Source of the DNA: Geobacter metallireducens GS-15
GTDB taxonomy: Bacteria > Desulfobacterota > Desulfuromonadia > Geobacterales > Geobacteraceae
Assembly: GCF_000012925.1 (NCBI RefSeq)
Contig: NC_007517.1
Location: 1,410,001 to 1,442,000 of the forward strand
Direction of reading: 5' to 3'
DNA length: 32,000 bases
Shown here: piece by piece, positions 31,442 to 32,000 of the stretch
Position numbering within the stretch: the first letter of the stretch is position 1
How the letters are laid out: each line of letters starts with the position of its first letter
Made by a program: the position numbers and the translations under genes
Notes under the pieces: generated by a model
Seen by the model: only the letters and a program-made list of their open reading frames with translations
What the model was told of the DNA's origin: nothing
Databases searched by the model: none

Positions 31442-31470
31442 TTTACAGTGATTGGGCGAGATGGTATACT
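31442..31470 (+). promoter_or_regulatory. Strong sigma70-like promoter immediately upstream of lptC
   Basis: TTTACA (31442-31447), a 17-nt spacer ending in TGg, then TATACT (31465-31470), i.e. an extended -10. The -10 ends only 12 nt before the lptC ATG. Confidence 0.5.
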
Positions 31471-31482
31471 TCGGCAAAATAT

Positions 31483-32000
31483 ATGGTAAAACCCAATAAA
31501 ATCAGGCATATTCTTGCCTCTGTCATTGTTCTTGCTACTCTCTATATTGCCGTTTCTCTGGCGTTGAAGCTTGGGGCGGGTGGCAAGAAAGATGAGGGGT
31601 TGCCGGCCCTTCCTCGCAATGTGGAGATATCCCTCAGCAAGATTCATTACACTGAAACCAAGGATGGTGTCAGGCAGTGGGACCTCTACGCGGGCAAGGG
31701 TGAATACGACAAGGCGCGGGACGTTACGAGGTTGACAGATGTGCGTCTGGTGCTTCATGAGAGAGGCAAGAGCGGCGAGATAACTCTTGTTTCAGATCAG
31801 GCCGATTACTTCAATGCCGCGAAAAATGTGGCGCTTACCGGAAACGTCGTGGCAAAGAGTGAGTCCGGCATGGAGTTTACCACGGGGCGGGCATCCTACC
31901 AGTCGAACCGCTCCCTCGTGGTGACCGATGACAGGGTAAGGTTTACCGATGGTGGGATGAGCGTCTCTGGCGTGGGAATGGAACTATCCGTCAAGACGCG
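31483..32000 (+). CDS. lptC: LPS export system protein LptC (N-terminal ~172 codons; runs off the right edge)
   Basis: Absent from the ORF track because it is truncated. The product is MVKPNKIRHILASVIVLATLYIAVSLALKL (single TM anchor) followed by beta-rich ...ISLSKIHYTETKDGVRQWDLYAGKGEYD...ITLVSDQADYFNAAKNVALTGNVVAKS.... Its position after kdsD-kdsC is the same as in kdsDC-lptCAB loci. Confidence 0.7.
   Translation, partial: MVKPNKIRHILASVIVLATLYIAVSLALKLGAGGKKDEGLPALPRNVEISLSKIHYTETKDGVRQWDLYAGKGEYDKARDVTRLTDVRLVLHERGKSGEITLVSDQADYFNAAKNVALTGNVVAKSESGMEFTTGRASYQSNRSLVVTDDRVRFTDGGMSVSGVGMELSVKT

Noticed and set aside
31309-31758. 149-aa reverse ORF overlapping the start of lptC
   Set aside because: Most of it is antisense to the well-supported lptC N-terminus (TM anchor plus LptC-like beta region). 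It has no RBS. Only the separate 60-aa ORF at 31248-31430 has an SD.

Overview
This is a 32-kb, almost fully coding, high-GC core-chromosome window. My hand counts give about 63% G+C inside genes. Gene order is: lptF (reverse, partial) | rpsB-tsf-pyrH-frr-uppS-cdsA-dxr-rseP-tsaB | ilvD-ilvB-ilvN-ilvC-psd-pssA | Leu T-box leader plus leuA | cspA and a LOG-like gene (both reverse) | leuC-leuD | secreted repeat protein-mlaE-mlaD | PF04240-like membrane protein | nucleosidase-family gene (reverse) | kdsB-pyrG-kdsA-kdsD-kdsC | AT-rich gap | lptC (partial). The synteny, together with a T-box in front of leuA, suggests a Geobacter/Desulfuromonadales-type genome; this is inference, not proof. I see no rRNA, tRNA, CRISPR array, transposase, integrase or recognisable defence genes, so most of the window is ordinary housekeeping. 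The least explained segment, and my best candidate for an undescribed system, is 20.8-24.3 kb. There a signal-peptide protein built from about 22 tandem ~19-residue aromatic-Pro-aromatic units is translationally coupled to an mlaE/mlaD (MCE) pair with no ATPase gene, and the MCE protein carries four C-terminal G-x-G-S-L-G-K-L-V-N-D repeats. Other points worth a second look:
- a complete Leu (CUC) T-box riboswitch upstream of leuA;
- a carotenoid-synthesis-family membrane protein convergent with an MtnN-like nucleosidase;
- a ~355-bp AT-rich island between kdsC and lptC carrying an SD-preceded 60-aa reverse ORF, plus a near-leaderless lptC promoter;
- tandem terminator hairpins in front of uppS;
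- a cdsA start-codon anomaly.
Many ORF-track starts are over-extended, and I trimmed them to starts supported by N-terminal homology and an RBS.
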